Part shown: in pieces, positions 30,776 to 40,793 of the stretch | How the letters are laid out: each line of letters begins with the position of its first letter | How positions within the stretch are numbered: position 1 is the stretch's first letter | Source: Cyanobacteriota bacterium | GTDB lineage: Bacteria > Cyanobacteriota > Cyanobacteriia > Cyanobacteriales > Nostocaceae | Reading direction: 5' to 3' | Assembly: GCA_046045965.1 (NCBI GenBank) | Contig: JBJOKS010000003.1 | Coordinates: 128,001-192,000 of the forward strand | DNA length: 64,000 bases | Program-made: the position numbers and the translations under genes | The notes under the pieces: model-generated | What the model saw: the letters and a program-made list of their open reading frames with translations, nothing else | The model's database searches: none | Told to the model about the DNA's origin: nothing

Positions 30776-32191
30776 TTAGCTATTCAAACCTTGAGCTAGG
30801 AGACTAAAGTATTGACGATATAGCTCATACTTAACACTGATTTTTTTACCATTGAGCTTGACTAACCCCATGCTTTCTAATTGATAAGCCGTTGAGGTAT
30901 CTAGATCAACGGAATCAGGATTTAATAACACTTGATAAAAAGCGTTCATCAAGTTATCATTCCGTTGCAAAATAATCCTCTGTCGGCGCAGGTGATCGCT
31001 ATAAATTCCCTTGTCGGTTGGTGCTTCTTGCAGCAATTGGGCTAAAGATAAATATCCTGATCTTAGCCAATAAAAAGCTAAGTTTAATAAATATGGATGG
31101 CCACCAATTAGATCAAACAGAGGTTCTAGACTTTGGTAGTCGCTGATTCCAACTGTGTGTAGTTGATAACGATACACTAAGTCTTGTAATTGAGTTTTGG
31201 TAAAATCAGGTAATAACAATGGCAACCCAACATTAAAAGGAGATTGGTGAGATTGGATCGGTAAATCTAATTCCCCAGAATGTGCAATAATTAGTCGTAG
31301 CTTTTGCCAATCCTCACGAACTCTTGCTTGTTCGTACCATGAACGCAGTAAAGGAAAGAAATTATTTGCTAAATTAGGATAATCAACTAAGTAATGAACT
31401 TTATCAATGGCCACTAGAATCGGTTGTTGCAACTGATTCAAAATATATTCTTGTACATAAGTTGTACAACTGAGTTTGCTACCTGCACCGTCAAACCAAT
31501 AATCGTCAAACTTAGGTTCTAAGTTTAATTGCCGACCAATGTTACAACAAAACCAACGTAAAAACAGATCAAGATTATTTAACACTTCCGTATCTGCTTG
31601 CTGCACATCTACAAATACAGTTTCCATTTCCATCTGATCGGCAACTCCCATCAAATGATTGATTAAAGAAGTTTTACCCATACCAGAAGGTGCTTGAATG
31701 CGGATCAGACTTCCTGATTGACTAATGGTAGCGATCGCTAAGTCTTCAATAGGCGATCGCTTAATATATAGATCAGAAGCAACCGCTAGAGGAGATCCCG
31801 GAAATTCTAGCTTTTGACAAACATGATCAGATGGGGGATGTTGATCAATAGTTGACTTTTGTGATGTAAAAAATTGGGTTAATATCAGCCTTAAATTCTT
31901 CTTGGTAACTGGACAGCCCAATTTCTCAGACAGGGATAGCCACAATTGAGAACCAATATCTTTGAGATAACCTTCCTGATATTTAGTTTCTTCAGCCATC
32001 TCTCGATACATCTTACCATTCCAGGTATGCAGGAAAACAATTTCCTCAATATCGCTCAATTTTCTGGGGGCAACGATGGTTTGTACCAATTCTAGCAGTT
32101 CTTGGCTTGTAGATATAATTACCTGATTCGCCTGTTGCCATTCCCATTTTCTAGTCCATTGTCCTAATTCCTCACTTTTTCCGACTTGCAT
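30776..32191 (-). CDS. wHTH plus AAA_35 (STAND-class) ATPase
   Basis: LSDIEEIVF..TWNGKMYREMAE...YLKDIGSQLW..LSEKLG..VTKKN helix-turn-helix; Walker A APSGMGKTS; SPFNVG; GGHPYL. Confidence 0.88.
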   Translation of the reverse strand: MQVGKSEELGQWTRKWEWQQANQVIISTSQELLELVQTIVAPRKLSDIEEIVFLHTWNGKMYREMAEETKYQEGYLKDIGSQLWLSLSEKLGCPVTKKNLRLILTQFFTSQKSTIDQHPPSDHVCQKLEFPGSPLAVASDLYIKRSPIEDLAIATISQSGSLIRIQAPSGMGKTSLINHLMGVADQMEMETVFVDVQQADTEVLNNLDLFLRWFCCNIGRQLNLEPKFDDYWFDGAGSKLSCTTYVQEYILNQLQQPILVAIDKVHYLVDYPNLANNFFPLLRSWYEQARVREDWQKLRLIIAHSGELDLPIQSHQSPFNVGLPLLLPDFTKTQLQDLVYRYQLHTVGISDYQSLEPLFDLIGGHPYLLNLAFYWLRSGYLSLAQLLQEAPTDKGIYSDHLRRQRIILQRNDNLMNAFYQVLLNPDSVDLDTSTAYQLESMGLVKLNGKKISVKYELYRQYFSLLAQGLNS

Positions 32192-32337
32192 TGATCCTCC
32201 TGCACAATTGAATTCTGATCCACATCTGTCTTATGGCATATTTTTGGGTTCTGATATTCAGAATTTTACCGTAACTGTCTACGTAGGATTGTAAAGTTCA
32301 TTGTAACGACAACAATTTGGCATAGTCACTGTACAAC

Positions 32338-32403
32338 AAAAAAAGAAAAAACCGCGAACCAGTTGGTATCACGGCTTTCGGTATGGTGTGAGGAGCTTAA
32401 CTA
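32338..32403 (-). ncRNA. candidate small RNA carrying a Yfr1-like seed
   Basis: TAAGAT -10 (32414-32409), then AGTTAAGCTCCTCACACCATAC, then hairpin AAAGCCGTGA...TCGCGGTTTT with T-tract. Confidence 0.55.
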
Positions 32404-32485
32404 ATATCATCTTAGACTGTCTAATCAGGAATGGGGCGCTCGTATCAATTTTGGTAACAGAATTTTTTTACCAGGAGCAAGCAAC

Positions 32486-32518
32486 AGATCCCCGGTTTCT
32501 TCAAGCAGTCGGGGATCT
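32486..32518. repeat. palindromic dispersed repeat AGATCCCCG...CGGGGATCT
   Basis: Perfect 9-bp terminal inverted repeat; degenerate relative at about 37644-37676. Confidence 0.7.
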
Positions 32519-32524
32519 GGTTGT

Positions 32525-33514
32525 TCATTCTACCAAAGCCCCACCACAACTAGAACCACATCCAGCAGTACAACCATAACAATAGTTGGCAGTTTGCACT
32601 TCACTAATTACATCTAAACTACCAAATTCTAATAATTTACTAATTGTCAAAGTTTTCCCATTCTTGGTTTTTGCAGGTAAATTCATCATTTGGTTAAAAT
32701 CGCAATCATAAACATTCCCCAAATAATCAACAGAAATTTCTTCACGACACATTAAATTTTCCACAGTATCGGGGTTAAATTGCGACTCTAAAAACTGCAA
32801 ATAACTAGAGTAAAGCTGTTTCCGTTCTAAATGTAACTTGGTTCTGCCAACAGGTATATTAGTGATAGTAAAGAGGTTGTTAAAGACAATATCAAAATGT
32901 TCTTTTAAGAACGTTTTATAAGCTAGTTCTAGGTTTTTCTGTTCTGGAGTTAAGGAAAAATTTTCATCCTTTGGTAATTGCGGATTATACACCAAATCTA
33001 AAGTTAAATTTGGATCTTTGCCATAACCAAGTTTATTTAACCATTGCAAAGCTTTAATAGAATCATCAAAAACGCCATTACCTCGCATTTTATCCACATT
33101 ATCTGCTAGATAACAGGGGAGAGAAGCGACAATTCTAACTTGGTTTTGAGCAAAAAATTCTGGTAAATATTCAAACCCTTCTACAAAATAAATTGTCAAA
33201 TTTGATCTAACAATTATTTGTTTACCTGCTAATTTGGCTGCTTCTACTAATGGTTTAAAACCATAATTCATTTCTGGAGCGCCACCTGTTAAATCAACAA
33301 TTTTAATTTCGGGAAATTTAAACAGAAATTCAATTAACTCTAAACAAATTTCTAGAGAAAGTTCTTCTGTTCTTTTGGGTCCAGCTTCGACATGACAATG
33401 GTTACAAGCGAGATTACAGCGTTTACCTAGATTGATTTGTAAAACATTGATTTCCTTTTTGGTTAAAGGTGAAGACAGTTTATCTTTGAATGGCGTGTGT
33501 GATGTAGTTTGCAT
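32525..33514 (-). CDS. arsS: arsenosugar biosynthesis radical SAM protein
   Basis: LQINLGKRCNLACNHCHVEAGP, DLTGGAPE, C-terminal CYGCTAGCGSSCGG. Confidence 0.9.
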   Translation of the reverse strand: MQTTSHTPFKDKLSSPLTKKEINVLQINLGKRCNLACNHCHVEAGPKRTEELSLEICLELIEFLFKFPEIKIVDLTGGAPEMNYGFKPLVEAAKLAGKQIIVRSNLTIYFVEGFEYLPEFFAQNQVRIVASLPCYLADNVDKMRGNGVFDDSIKALQWLNKLGYGKDPNLTLDLVYNPQLPKDENFSLTPEQKNLELAYKTFLKEHFDIVFNNLFTITNIPVGRTKLHLERKQLYSSYLQFLESQFNPDTVENLMCREEISVDYLGNVYDCDFNQMMNLPAKTKNGKTLTISKLLEFGSLDVISEVQTANYCYGCTAGCGSSCGGALVE

Positions 33515-33606
33515 TGCTTACTAAGAGTGAAATATGACCAAAGTTTTCTTGCTTATTGCTACAGATATACGAACAAGCATTGAATCATTTTGGAAACACA
33601 AAAAAA

Positions 33607-34575
33607 CTAACAGCAACCACCACCGTCATAATACCATGTGGAATCTGTAATCATGATTTCTGTTGGTTTTAAAGCTCCTAATTTAGCAGCGGTTTTATCA
33701 CAAACTGCGGCGGGAATACCACGTTGTAAAATATGCCCTGCTTGATCATCAAAAAATGGTTGTGTACCTGCATAAATGGCAGTTTTACCTGTGAAGATAC
33801 AAGCGCCATCTTCAGGAATATCAACTTTAAAAGAAACAGAATCCAGACTTTCAAGCAAGAGATTTTCTGCTAGGTTATAAGTTTGTTTATCTAATAATCT
33901 ATAAGGACGACGGGCGCGAATTTCAATTTGTCCAAACCCAGCCTTAATAATTAGTTGGGTATATTCTTGATAGGTAAGTGCGCCGGATAAACACATAGCC
34001 CGTAGTCGTTCATCTTGCTGTAAATGTTCAGGAATAGGAAGAGTAGCAATAGGGTCACTCATTTGCAATCTTCCACCTGGTTTTAATACCCGATATGCTG
34101 CTTTTAATGCACGGGTTAAATCGGCAGGTTCAAAGATGTTGAAAAGACAATTTTGGGCGACTACATCGACAGAGGCATCTGTAACGGGTAAATTAAAGGC
34201 ATCTCCGGGACGAATTTCTACAAAACTGGTGTCAAACCAAGGATTTTCTTGAGCAGCAATTTCTAAATTACGTTTAGCAGCTTCGCGCATAGCTTCCACT
34301 GGTTCAACAGCTATTACAGCACCAGGACGACGGGAAAAATAGGCAAATTGTAGGGCTTCTAAACCTCCACCAACACCAACATATAATACTGTGGGTTGAT
34401 TTGCTAGTTCAGTGGTGTGAACGGTAGTTCCACAACCATAATTCATTTCCTGCATGACTAAAGGTATTTTTAATCCTGGAAGTTGCACGGGTGTACTTTG
34501 AACACAACACAGTCCTACTTCTGGTGTTTGGGCAACTTCGCTGTAAAATTGGGCGGCGGTTTCTAAATAAGTCAT
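33607..34575 (-). CDS. arsM: arsenosugar-associated arsenite methyltransferase
   Basis: GLCC, MNYGCG, VGVGGG SAM motif, QNCLFNI, AMCLSGAL, terminal GGCC; directly upstream of arsS. Confidence 0.85.
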   Translation of the reverse strand: MTYLETAAQFYSEVAQTPEVGLCCVQSTPVQLPGLKIPLVMQEMNYGCGTTVHTTELANQPTVLYVGVGGGLEALQFAYFSRRPGAVIAVEPVEAMREAAKRNLEIAAQENPWFDTSFVEIRPGDAFNLPVTDASVDVVAQNCLFNIFEPADLTRALKAAYRVLKPGGRLQMSDPIATLPIPEHLQQDERLRAMCLSGALTYQEYTQLIIKAGFGQIEIRARRPYRLLDKQTYNLAENLLLESLDSVSFKVDIPEDGACIFTGKTAIYAGTQPFFDDQAGHILQRGIPAAVCDKTAAKLGALKPTEIMITDSTWYYDGGGCC

Positions 34576-34669
34576 TTCTGTTGTTTGGAGTTAACTTGGT
34601 ATATATTAGTTTTGCATATTAATATATCAGAGTTTGAATTTAATGAGTTTTTGCTGAGAGTTCATTAAT

Positions 34670-35344
34670 TCAATCGCGTAATACATAACCGACACCACGC
34701 ACAGTTTGTAGTAGTCGCGTTTCGTTGTTGGCTTCGAGTTTGAGACGTAAGTAGCGAATGTAAACTTCAATGATGTTAGAATCACCCATGAAGTCATAAC
34801 CCCAGACTTCTTCTAAAATGCGATCGCGTGTAATTACTTGTCGTGGATGGATGAGTAAATAGTCTAGTAAATCAAATTCTTTAGCAGTTAACTCTATTAA
34901 CCGCTGTCCCCGGTAAACTTCCCTGGTAAGGCGATTTAAACTCAGGTCTGCAAATGTTAAGATATCTGCATTGTCTGTTTCTTTACTTCTACGGAGGTGG
35001 GCGCGGACTCTGGCTAGTAATTCTTCCACACTGAAGGGTTTAACTACATAATCATCAGCACCAGCATCTAAACCAGCCACGCGATCGCTCACTTCATCTT
35101 TAGCGGTTAATAAAATTACAGGTACTTTATCACCGGTACTTCGTAAGCGACGGCAAATTTCTAAACCTGATACACCAGGTAGCATCCAATCTAAGATAAT
35201 TAAATCTAGATGTAACTCCCGCGCTGCTGTCAGTGCTGTTAGTCCATCATAGGCCACGCTAACTTGATAGCCTTCATAACTCAATTCTAATTCTATAAAT
35301 CGAGCCAATTTGACTTCATCTTCAACCAGTAAGATGTGCGTCAT
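34670..35344 (-). CDS. OmpR-family response regulator
   Basis: ILLVEDE, LDWMLP, GADDYVVKPF, wHTH end TVRGVGY. Confidence 0.96.
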   Translation of the reverse strand: MTHILLVEDEVKLARFIELELSYEGYQVSVAYDGLTALTAARELHLDLIILDWMLPGVSGLEICRRLRSTGDKVPVILLTAKDEVSDRVAGLDAGADDYVVKPFSVEELLARVRAHLRRSKETDNADILTFADLSLNRLTREVYRGQRLIELTAKEFDLLDYLLIHPRQVITRDRILEEVWGYDFMGDSNIIEVYIRYLRLKLEANNETRLLQTVRGVGYVLRD

Positions 35345-35539
35345 AAGAAGATTTGGGATTTTTGCAGAGGATGATTAATATTAATATGGAGTCTACCAAA
35401 TAATAGACCTCTAAAATTAGATTTACTTAGCTTAGTATAAAGCACAATAAATCACAAGTGTAAAACCCAGAAACTGGACTTATTTAGGAAATCGAGGATT
35501 TTATGGTTCAAGGATGATCGAGGTTTTTTCTGGTTGAAT

Positions 35540-36976
35540 TTATATATTGCTAGGTAATGGCTCGGCAGGTAAACTAATTGTAAATATACTTCCTTCACCC
35601 AAACGTGAGCGCACACTCACCGTACCCCCCATACTTTCTACAAAAGTCTTAACAATTGACAATCCTAAACCACAACCCCCGGTAGTAGTACGCGCTTCAT
35701 CAACACGATAAAATCTTTCAAAAATTCGTGATTGATGTTGTAAAGGAATGCCAAAACCATAATCACAAACTTGAATAAGTGCTTCTTCATCTTGTAAATT
35801 GAGCTTAATAATTATAGGTGTATCTGCTGACGAATATTTAACAGCATTATCAATCAAATTTAGCAATACTTGTTTTAAACGATTATAGTCTATTTTTGCT
35901 TTAACTTCCTGATCAATCGATTCAATTTTGATAACTCTTTCGCTATATTTCTCTGCCATACTCACAACTTCTGCCAGCAAATCATTGAGTAAACAGAGTT
36001 CTTTTTGCAAATGTAAATAACCACTATCAGCCCTTGCTAAATCAAGTAAATCTTGTAAAAGTCTAATAGTGCGTTCTGTTTCTATAGATGCTGTTTCTAA
36101 AGCTTCTATTTGGGTAGAATTTAAATTATTTTGTCGTCTTAAAACACTTTGTAAATAGCCATTTACAATAGTTAATGGTGTGCGTAATTCGTGAGAAACA
36201 TTACTCACAAATTGTCGTTCTTGTTCCCAAGATTGGGCAAGACGGGATAACATCATATTAAAAGTATTGGCTAATTCTTTAACTTCAGTGGGAGCATTTT
36301 CAAGATATAATTTTGCTTGTCCTAAATCAGATAGAGATATAACAGCAGTCATTTGATTTAACTGCCGTAAAGGTTGTAAAGAATGCTGAATATAAAATGT
36401 GATCACCACACAAATCACAATAATTACAAAAACACTAGCAATAGCCAAACTTCTCACCATTGCCATAAACATAATCTGTTCGCTAGTCACATCCTGAACC
36501 ACAAATAACTTACCCAAAGCCTCATCTTTTACTGAAAAATTACTACCACAAAAAATAAAATAACGTTGCCTAACTTTACCCAATTTTGGTTTCAGAGACA
36601 TCTCAGTTAAAGACATTAACTCAGATGCTGTTTCATCTGATAACAGATGCCAATTATTAGATTTAGCAATAATTTTATGATCAGCACTTTTTATCCATAC
36701 AAACGTATCCGTAGCTGTTAAGTTATTAGTCGCTTTTTGCACACTGGTTTCCACAGGTAACATTTCATTATAAAGCTGCACATCACGGGGCAAGCGATCG
36801 GCAATTTTGGCAATATTATATTTATGATTACTAATTAAAATTTGCTGCATCTTCCAACTTGTCCAAGTAGCAAGTCCACCTAACCCCAAAGTAGAAACTA
36901 AAGCAATACCTATAATTAGGCGAAACCGGAGCGAAAAAATATCAAATTTCTGCCAAAATTGACTGTTTTGTTTCAC
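35540..36976 (-). CDS. membrane sensor histidine kinase (HAMP-HisKA-HATPase)
   Basis: Two TMs, SHELRTPLT, NLIDNAVKY, GLGLSIVK. Confidence 0.96.
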   Translation of the reverse strand: MKQNSQFWQKFDIFSLRFRLIIGIALVSTLGLGGLATWTSWKMQQILISNHKYNIAKIADRLPRDVQLYNEMLPVETSVQKATNNLTATDTFVWIKSADHKIIAKSNNWHLLSDETASELMSLTEMSLKPKLGKVRQRYFIFCGSNFSVKDEALGKLFVVQDVTSEQIMFMAMVRSLAIASVFVIIVICVVITFYIQHSLQPLRQLNQMTAVISLSDLGQAKLYLENAPTEVKELANTFNMMLSRLAQSWEQERQFVSNVSHELRTPLTIVNGYLQSVLRRQNNLNSTQIEALETASIETERTIRLLQDLLDLARADSGYLHLQKELCLLNDLLAEVVSMAEKYSERVIKIESIDQEVKAKIDYNRLKQVLLNLIDNAVKYSSADTPIIIKLNLQDEEALIQVCDYGFGIPLQHQSRIFERFYRVDEARTTTGGCGLGLSIVKTFVESMGGTVSVRSRLGEGSIFTISLPAEPLPSNI

Positions 36977-37069
36977 TTTAATATCAATTCAAAATTCAAA
37001 ACATACTTTTTCTTAGCCCCCCTTTAAAAAGGAGGTTAGGGGGATCTAATTATGTAGATTTAATTAAAA

Positions 37070-37531
37070 TTAATTTTTATTAGGTAAACCAGCATAACCA
37101 AAAGTAGAATTAAACTTACGACACCATATAGCTACAGAGGGAAAGTTTGCCAAATTCACATTTTTCGGTAAAGCATAACGTTGAGAACCACTAATTTTTT
37201 GCAAAGCAGCAATACTGACATAATCTTTCTCTTTAATACCAGATTTTGGTGGTACATTACCACGATAGAGAATTACAAATAAATCTGGACCTTTATCAGT
37301 TTTAAAACTCTTCTCAAACTCTAAATATCTAATACCATTTTCAGTAACAACTCTTACTTTTCCCTGAGTGGTATGTTCCAGTGTCTTAAAGCTTCCAGAC
37401 TCTACTACTGAAGTAGCAACATTTTTTCCAGACTCAGGTTTATTATCTGTAGGAGTTGAAATTGCTTCCTTTGCAAAGCTCACAGTGAGAAAGGTAACGA
37501 TAATAAAAATCCCTAAATTCCGAAACTTCAT
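37070..37531 (-). CDS. secreted DM13 domain protein
   Basis: Signal peptide; GPDLFVIL, GSQRYALP, SVAIWCRKFNSTFG. Confidence 0.9.
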   Translation of the reverse strand: MKFRNLGIFIIVTFLTVSFAKEAISTPTDNKPESGKNVATSVVESGSFKTLEHTTQGKVRVVTENGIRYLEFEKSFKTDKGPDLFVILYRGNVPPKSGIKEKDYVSIAALQKISGSQRYALPKNVNLANFPSVAIWCRKFNSTFGYAGLPNKN

Positions 37532-37602
37532 ACTTTCACTTCCTCTAATTTATCTTTAAGGATAATTTAAAGCATATTCCCACGAATTAAATTAATGTAA
37601 GC

Positions 37603-37630
37603 TGAGAATTTCTTGAATATTAATTGAGAA
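37603..37630 (-). promoter_or_regulatory. putative OmpR-type direct-repeat box upstream of the DM13 gene
   Basis: TGAGAA, TGAATA, TGAGAA at 37603, 37614, 37625 (11-bp period). Confidence 0.5.
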
Positions 37631-37675
37631 AAAGCAAACAATAAGCTCCCCAACTGCTCTAAGAAGTCAGGGAGA

Positions 37676-38482
37676 TTAAACCTCTTCATTCATCACACCT
37701 GAATTTTGACCAGTTGAGTAACAGCACCTAGCAAAATCGGCGATATTAGATATGATTAAAAAATCAATAGTTTTAAACTGTCTATCAATAGCTGGAAGAC
37801 TGCATATTTTAGCACCAACACTCAAATAAGCTTGTAAAATCTTGGGAATTTCCACATTATAAATATCTGGACAATCTTGCTGAATTTCTATAGAGTATTC
37901 TAAATTAGGAGCAACCAAAATACTGGGGTGTATCCAATTATTATGCTGAAAATAATTATAAGCACAAGCAGCTTGCTGAGAGCATTGTGTTAACAAAGAT
38001 GCACAACCAAAAAAATATTGTTTTCCACTCCAAATTAGATAATTAGCTAAACCTTGCCAAAGTAATAAAAGAGTATAACTATTGCGATATTCTTTAGCTA
38101 TACAAGCACGTCCAATTTCTACAGATGATTGCAATACAAAATCAGGAATTTTAGAGAGATTAAAAATGTCAGCAGAATCAAATCCTAAACCTTTAGCAGC
38201 CATTGTATAGGTTTGCATTCTATATGTACCAATCGTTTCACCTGTATTTTTAGCAATCAGCAGTAAATGATCACAAACATCATCAAATTTATCTCGGTCC
38301 ATCCCGGCAAAATTAGAACTAGAAAATCCCAAACCCAGTTCTTGATTAAAAACCTGAAAACGCAGCCGAAAAATAGATTCTAACTCTTCCTGAGTTCTAG
38401 CAAGTCGCAGGATATACTTTTCACTTTCCAAAACCGGAAACTCAGAAAGATACAAAGGTGAAGTGATGGGATTGTAATACAT
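37676..38482 (-). CDS. GNAT acyltransferase, OlsB-like (amino-acid lipid synthesis)
   Basis: RLRFQVFNQEL, DRDKFDDVCDHLL, IGTYRM, EIGRACI..EYR, PKILQAYLSVGAKI. Confidence 0.8.
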   Translation of the reverse strand: MYYNPITSPLYLSEFPVLESEKYILRLARTQEELESIFRLRFQVFNQELGLGFSSSNFAGMDRDKFDDVCDHLLLIAKNTGETIGTYRMQTYTMAAKGLGFDSADIFNLSKIPDFVLQSSVEIGRACIAKEYRNSYTLLLLWQGLANYLIWSGKQYFFGCASLLTQCSQQAACAYNYFQHNNWIHPSILVAPNLEYSIEIQQDCPDIYNVEIPKILQAYLSVGAKICSLPAIDRQFKTIDFLIISNIADFARCCYSTGQNSGVMNEEV

Positions 38483-38730
38483 TTACATCTGTTTTCCTAC
38501 TTAAATTTGGGAAAAATTCTACTAGGATTTAAACCCTAATTATGGACATTTTTTTCAATAAAATCTGGTAATAGGATACAAATTTACCTAATTCACCATT
38601 TAAATTTTCTATCAATAGTAATTAGTTGATAATGTCAAGATACTTTCAAAAAACCTCTTGCAAAAGATTAAAGGGTAAAGGAAAATTCTTCCCCTTACCC
38701 CTTATTATTTTCCCGATTTCTGCAAGCAGT

Positions 38731-39651
38731 CTAATTACGGTGATTATTGGCGTAGCGAACCCTTGTACCAGCCCAAAGTAACTTTTCTCGCAGCGTCTGA
38801 TAATATGAATTATTTGCCCGCAAAACAATAAATTTAGCCCGACAATCAGCCATACGCACATCAACACGGTGTCCAGGCCAAATTGAAGTAGATAATACCC
38901 CATCCATCCACAATTTTGTACTTAGATCGTAATCCCCCAAAGGCCAAACACTAACCACAGAACCAGGGGGTAAAACCAGAGGACGACTAGAAAGACTCAT
39001 GGGACAAATAGGAGTGATGGTAAGAGCTTCCATACCATCGTGCATAATCGGACCATTAGCCGAAACCGTGTAACCCGTAGAACCTGTAGGAGTGGAAATA
39101 ATTAACCCATCTCCCACATACTGATCAACTACCTCACCATCAATTTCCATTTCCAGAATAGAGGTAATCATTCTGTCAGCAGAAGCGGGTTTAATACAAA
39201 ACTCATTTAAAGCCAGATAATGTTCCGTGACTGGTTCTAAATTTGTCCGATGACCCTCATATACAGCCGCTTGCAACATCATCCGGCGCTGGAGAGCATA
39301 GCGATCTTCAAACAGCCGATCCCACACTTGTTCTGGCTCTTGAAACTCATCCATTGACTCAGTTAAAAACCCCAAATGACCTCCCACATTCACCCCCAAA
39401 ATGGGGATACCAGCTGGGGCTAAATGTCTGGCACCGGTTAAAACAGTACCATCACCACCAAGTACCAAAGCTAGATCAATTGGTTGGGTTGCGGATGCCA
39501 AAAACACTGGATAGGGGTTATCTTTGGGTCCGCTAGGTCCAACCAAAACTTGGCACTGACGGGCTTCTAGTTGTTTCGCGCAGAGTTCAGCCCAGCGTTT
39601 ACTCTGGGAGTCTCGCGCTTTATAAGCAATGATTACTTGCTTGAGTTGCAC
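38731..39651 (-). CDS. ppnK: NAD(+) kinase
   Basis: GGDGT, LGFL, LNE, DGLIISTPTGSTGY. Confidence 0.96.
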   Translation of the reverse strand: MQLKQVIIAYKARDSQSKRWAELCAKQLEARQCQVLVGPSGPKDNPYPVFLASATQPIDLALVLGGDGTVLTGARHLAPAGIPILGVNVGGHLGFLTESMDEFQEPEQVWDRLFEDRYALQRRMMLQAAVYEGHRTNLEPVTEHYLALNEFCIKPASADRMITSILEMEIDGEVVDQYVGDGLIISTPTGSTGYTVSANGPIMHDGMEALTITPICPMSLSSRPLVLPPGSVVSVWPLGDYDLSTKLWMDGVLSTSIWPGHRVDVRMADCRAKFIVLRANNSYYQTLREKLLWAGTRVRYANNHRN

Positions 39652-39657
39652 GCACTG

Positions 39658-39963
39658 TTACCACTTGAGGAGATTAAACTGCTCCATATCGACGGTATCA
39701 CGGTTGCGATAAATGGCCAGCACAATCGCTAAACCGACCGCCGCTTCCGCAGCTGCCACGGTAATCACAAAAACTGTGAAAACCTGACCTTTAATTAATG
39801 TTGAGTCAAGAAAGTTGGAAAATGCCATTAAATTCAGATTAACAGCATTTAACAATAACTCAATTGACATTAGCACCCGCACGGCGTTACGGCTGGTAAT
39901 TAACCCATAGATGCCAATGCAAAATAAAGCTGCTGCAAGTAATAAAAAGTATTGGAGTTGCAT
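39658..39963 (-). CDS. ndhE: NDH-1 subunit E (NuoK)
   Basis: MQLQYFLL start at 39963; [11 protein letters not shown]; the upstream ORF extension is STRR-derived. Confidence 0.97.
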   Translation of the reverse strand: MQLQYFLLLAAALFCIGIYGLITSRNAVRVLMSIELLLNAVNLNLMAFSNFLDSTLIKGQVFTVFVITVAAAEAAVGLAIVLAIYRNRDTVDMEQFNLLKW

Positions 39964-40086
39964 AGTTTTCAGGAAATAGGGAATAGGGAATAGGGAATAG
40001 GGGATAGGCAAAAGGCAAAAGGCAGAAGGAAAATATTCTTCCCCTGCTTCCCTTGCCTCCCCTGCTTCCCCTGCTTCCTCATCTTT

Positions 40087-40698
40087 TTACTCTTCAGTAC
40101 CGCTACCAGTTGATACCAGTTCTCTGGGGCGTTCTGGCAAGGTTAAGATAGTTTGTGGCAGGTCGGAAGGGGTTAGTTGGTCTGGTAAATATTCCCGACG
40201 TGCCAAAATAATTGCTCCTACCATTGCCATCAGTAGCAAAACGGAAGCTAATTCAAAGGGAAGCAAAAAGTCGGTGAAGAAATGTTCACCAATCAAAACT
40301 ATAGAATTTTGAACAGCTACAGATGTGGAAGAATAAGCCCAAGGTGTTGCCAGTACCATCGTACTTAACAGGCCAAATAGTCCTATACTCACTACACCTG
40401 TAATTATTTTCCGCAACCCAGCACTAGGTAAAGGGGAAAAATCCTGACGTTTGTTTACCAACATAATGGCAAACAGAATCAAGACGTTAATTGCACCAAC
40501 ATAAATCAGAATTTGTGCTGCTGCGACAAAATCACCATTTAGCAACAGGTACAGTCCAGCCATGCTGATGAATACACCACCGAGCAAAAAGGCAGAATAG
40601 ACGATGTTAGAAAACAGCACTACACCGAGTGCTGCCCCAATCATCATTACAGCCAGTATGCCAAATGAAACAATCTGTACTCCTTCCGCTAGATTCAC
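40087..40698 (-). CDS. ndhG: NDH-1 subunit G (NuoJ)
   Basis: AQILIYVGAINVLILFAIML, LLPFELASVLLL. Confidence 0.97.
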   Translation of the reverse strand: MNLAEGVQIVSFGILAVMMIGAALGVVLFSNIVYSAFLLGGVFISMAGLYLLLNGDFVAAAQILIYVGAINVLILFAIMLVNKRQDFSPLPSAGLRKIITGVVSIGLFGLLSTMVLATPWAYSSTSVAVQNSIVLIGEHFFTDFLLPFELASVLLLMAMVGAIILARREYLPDQLTPSDLPQTILTLPERPRELVSTGSGTEE

Positions 40699-40793
40699 TT
40701 TTTTTGTCCTTTGTCAGTTGTCAGTTGTCAGTTGTCCTTTGTCAGTTGTCAATTATCTTTTCTAATGACTAATGACTAATGACTAATTGCAAT

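Noticed and set aside
32442..32458. NtcA site upstream of the candidate sRNA
   Set aside because: GTATC-N7-GTAAC does not fit GTA-N8-TAC spacing
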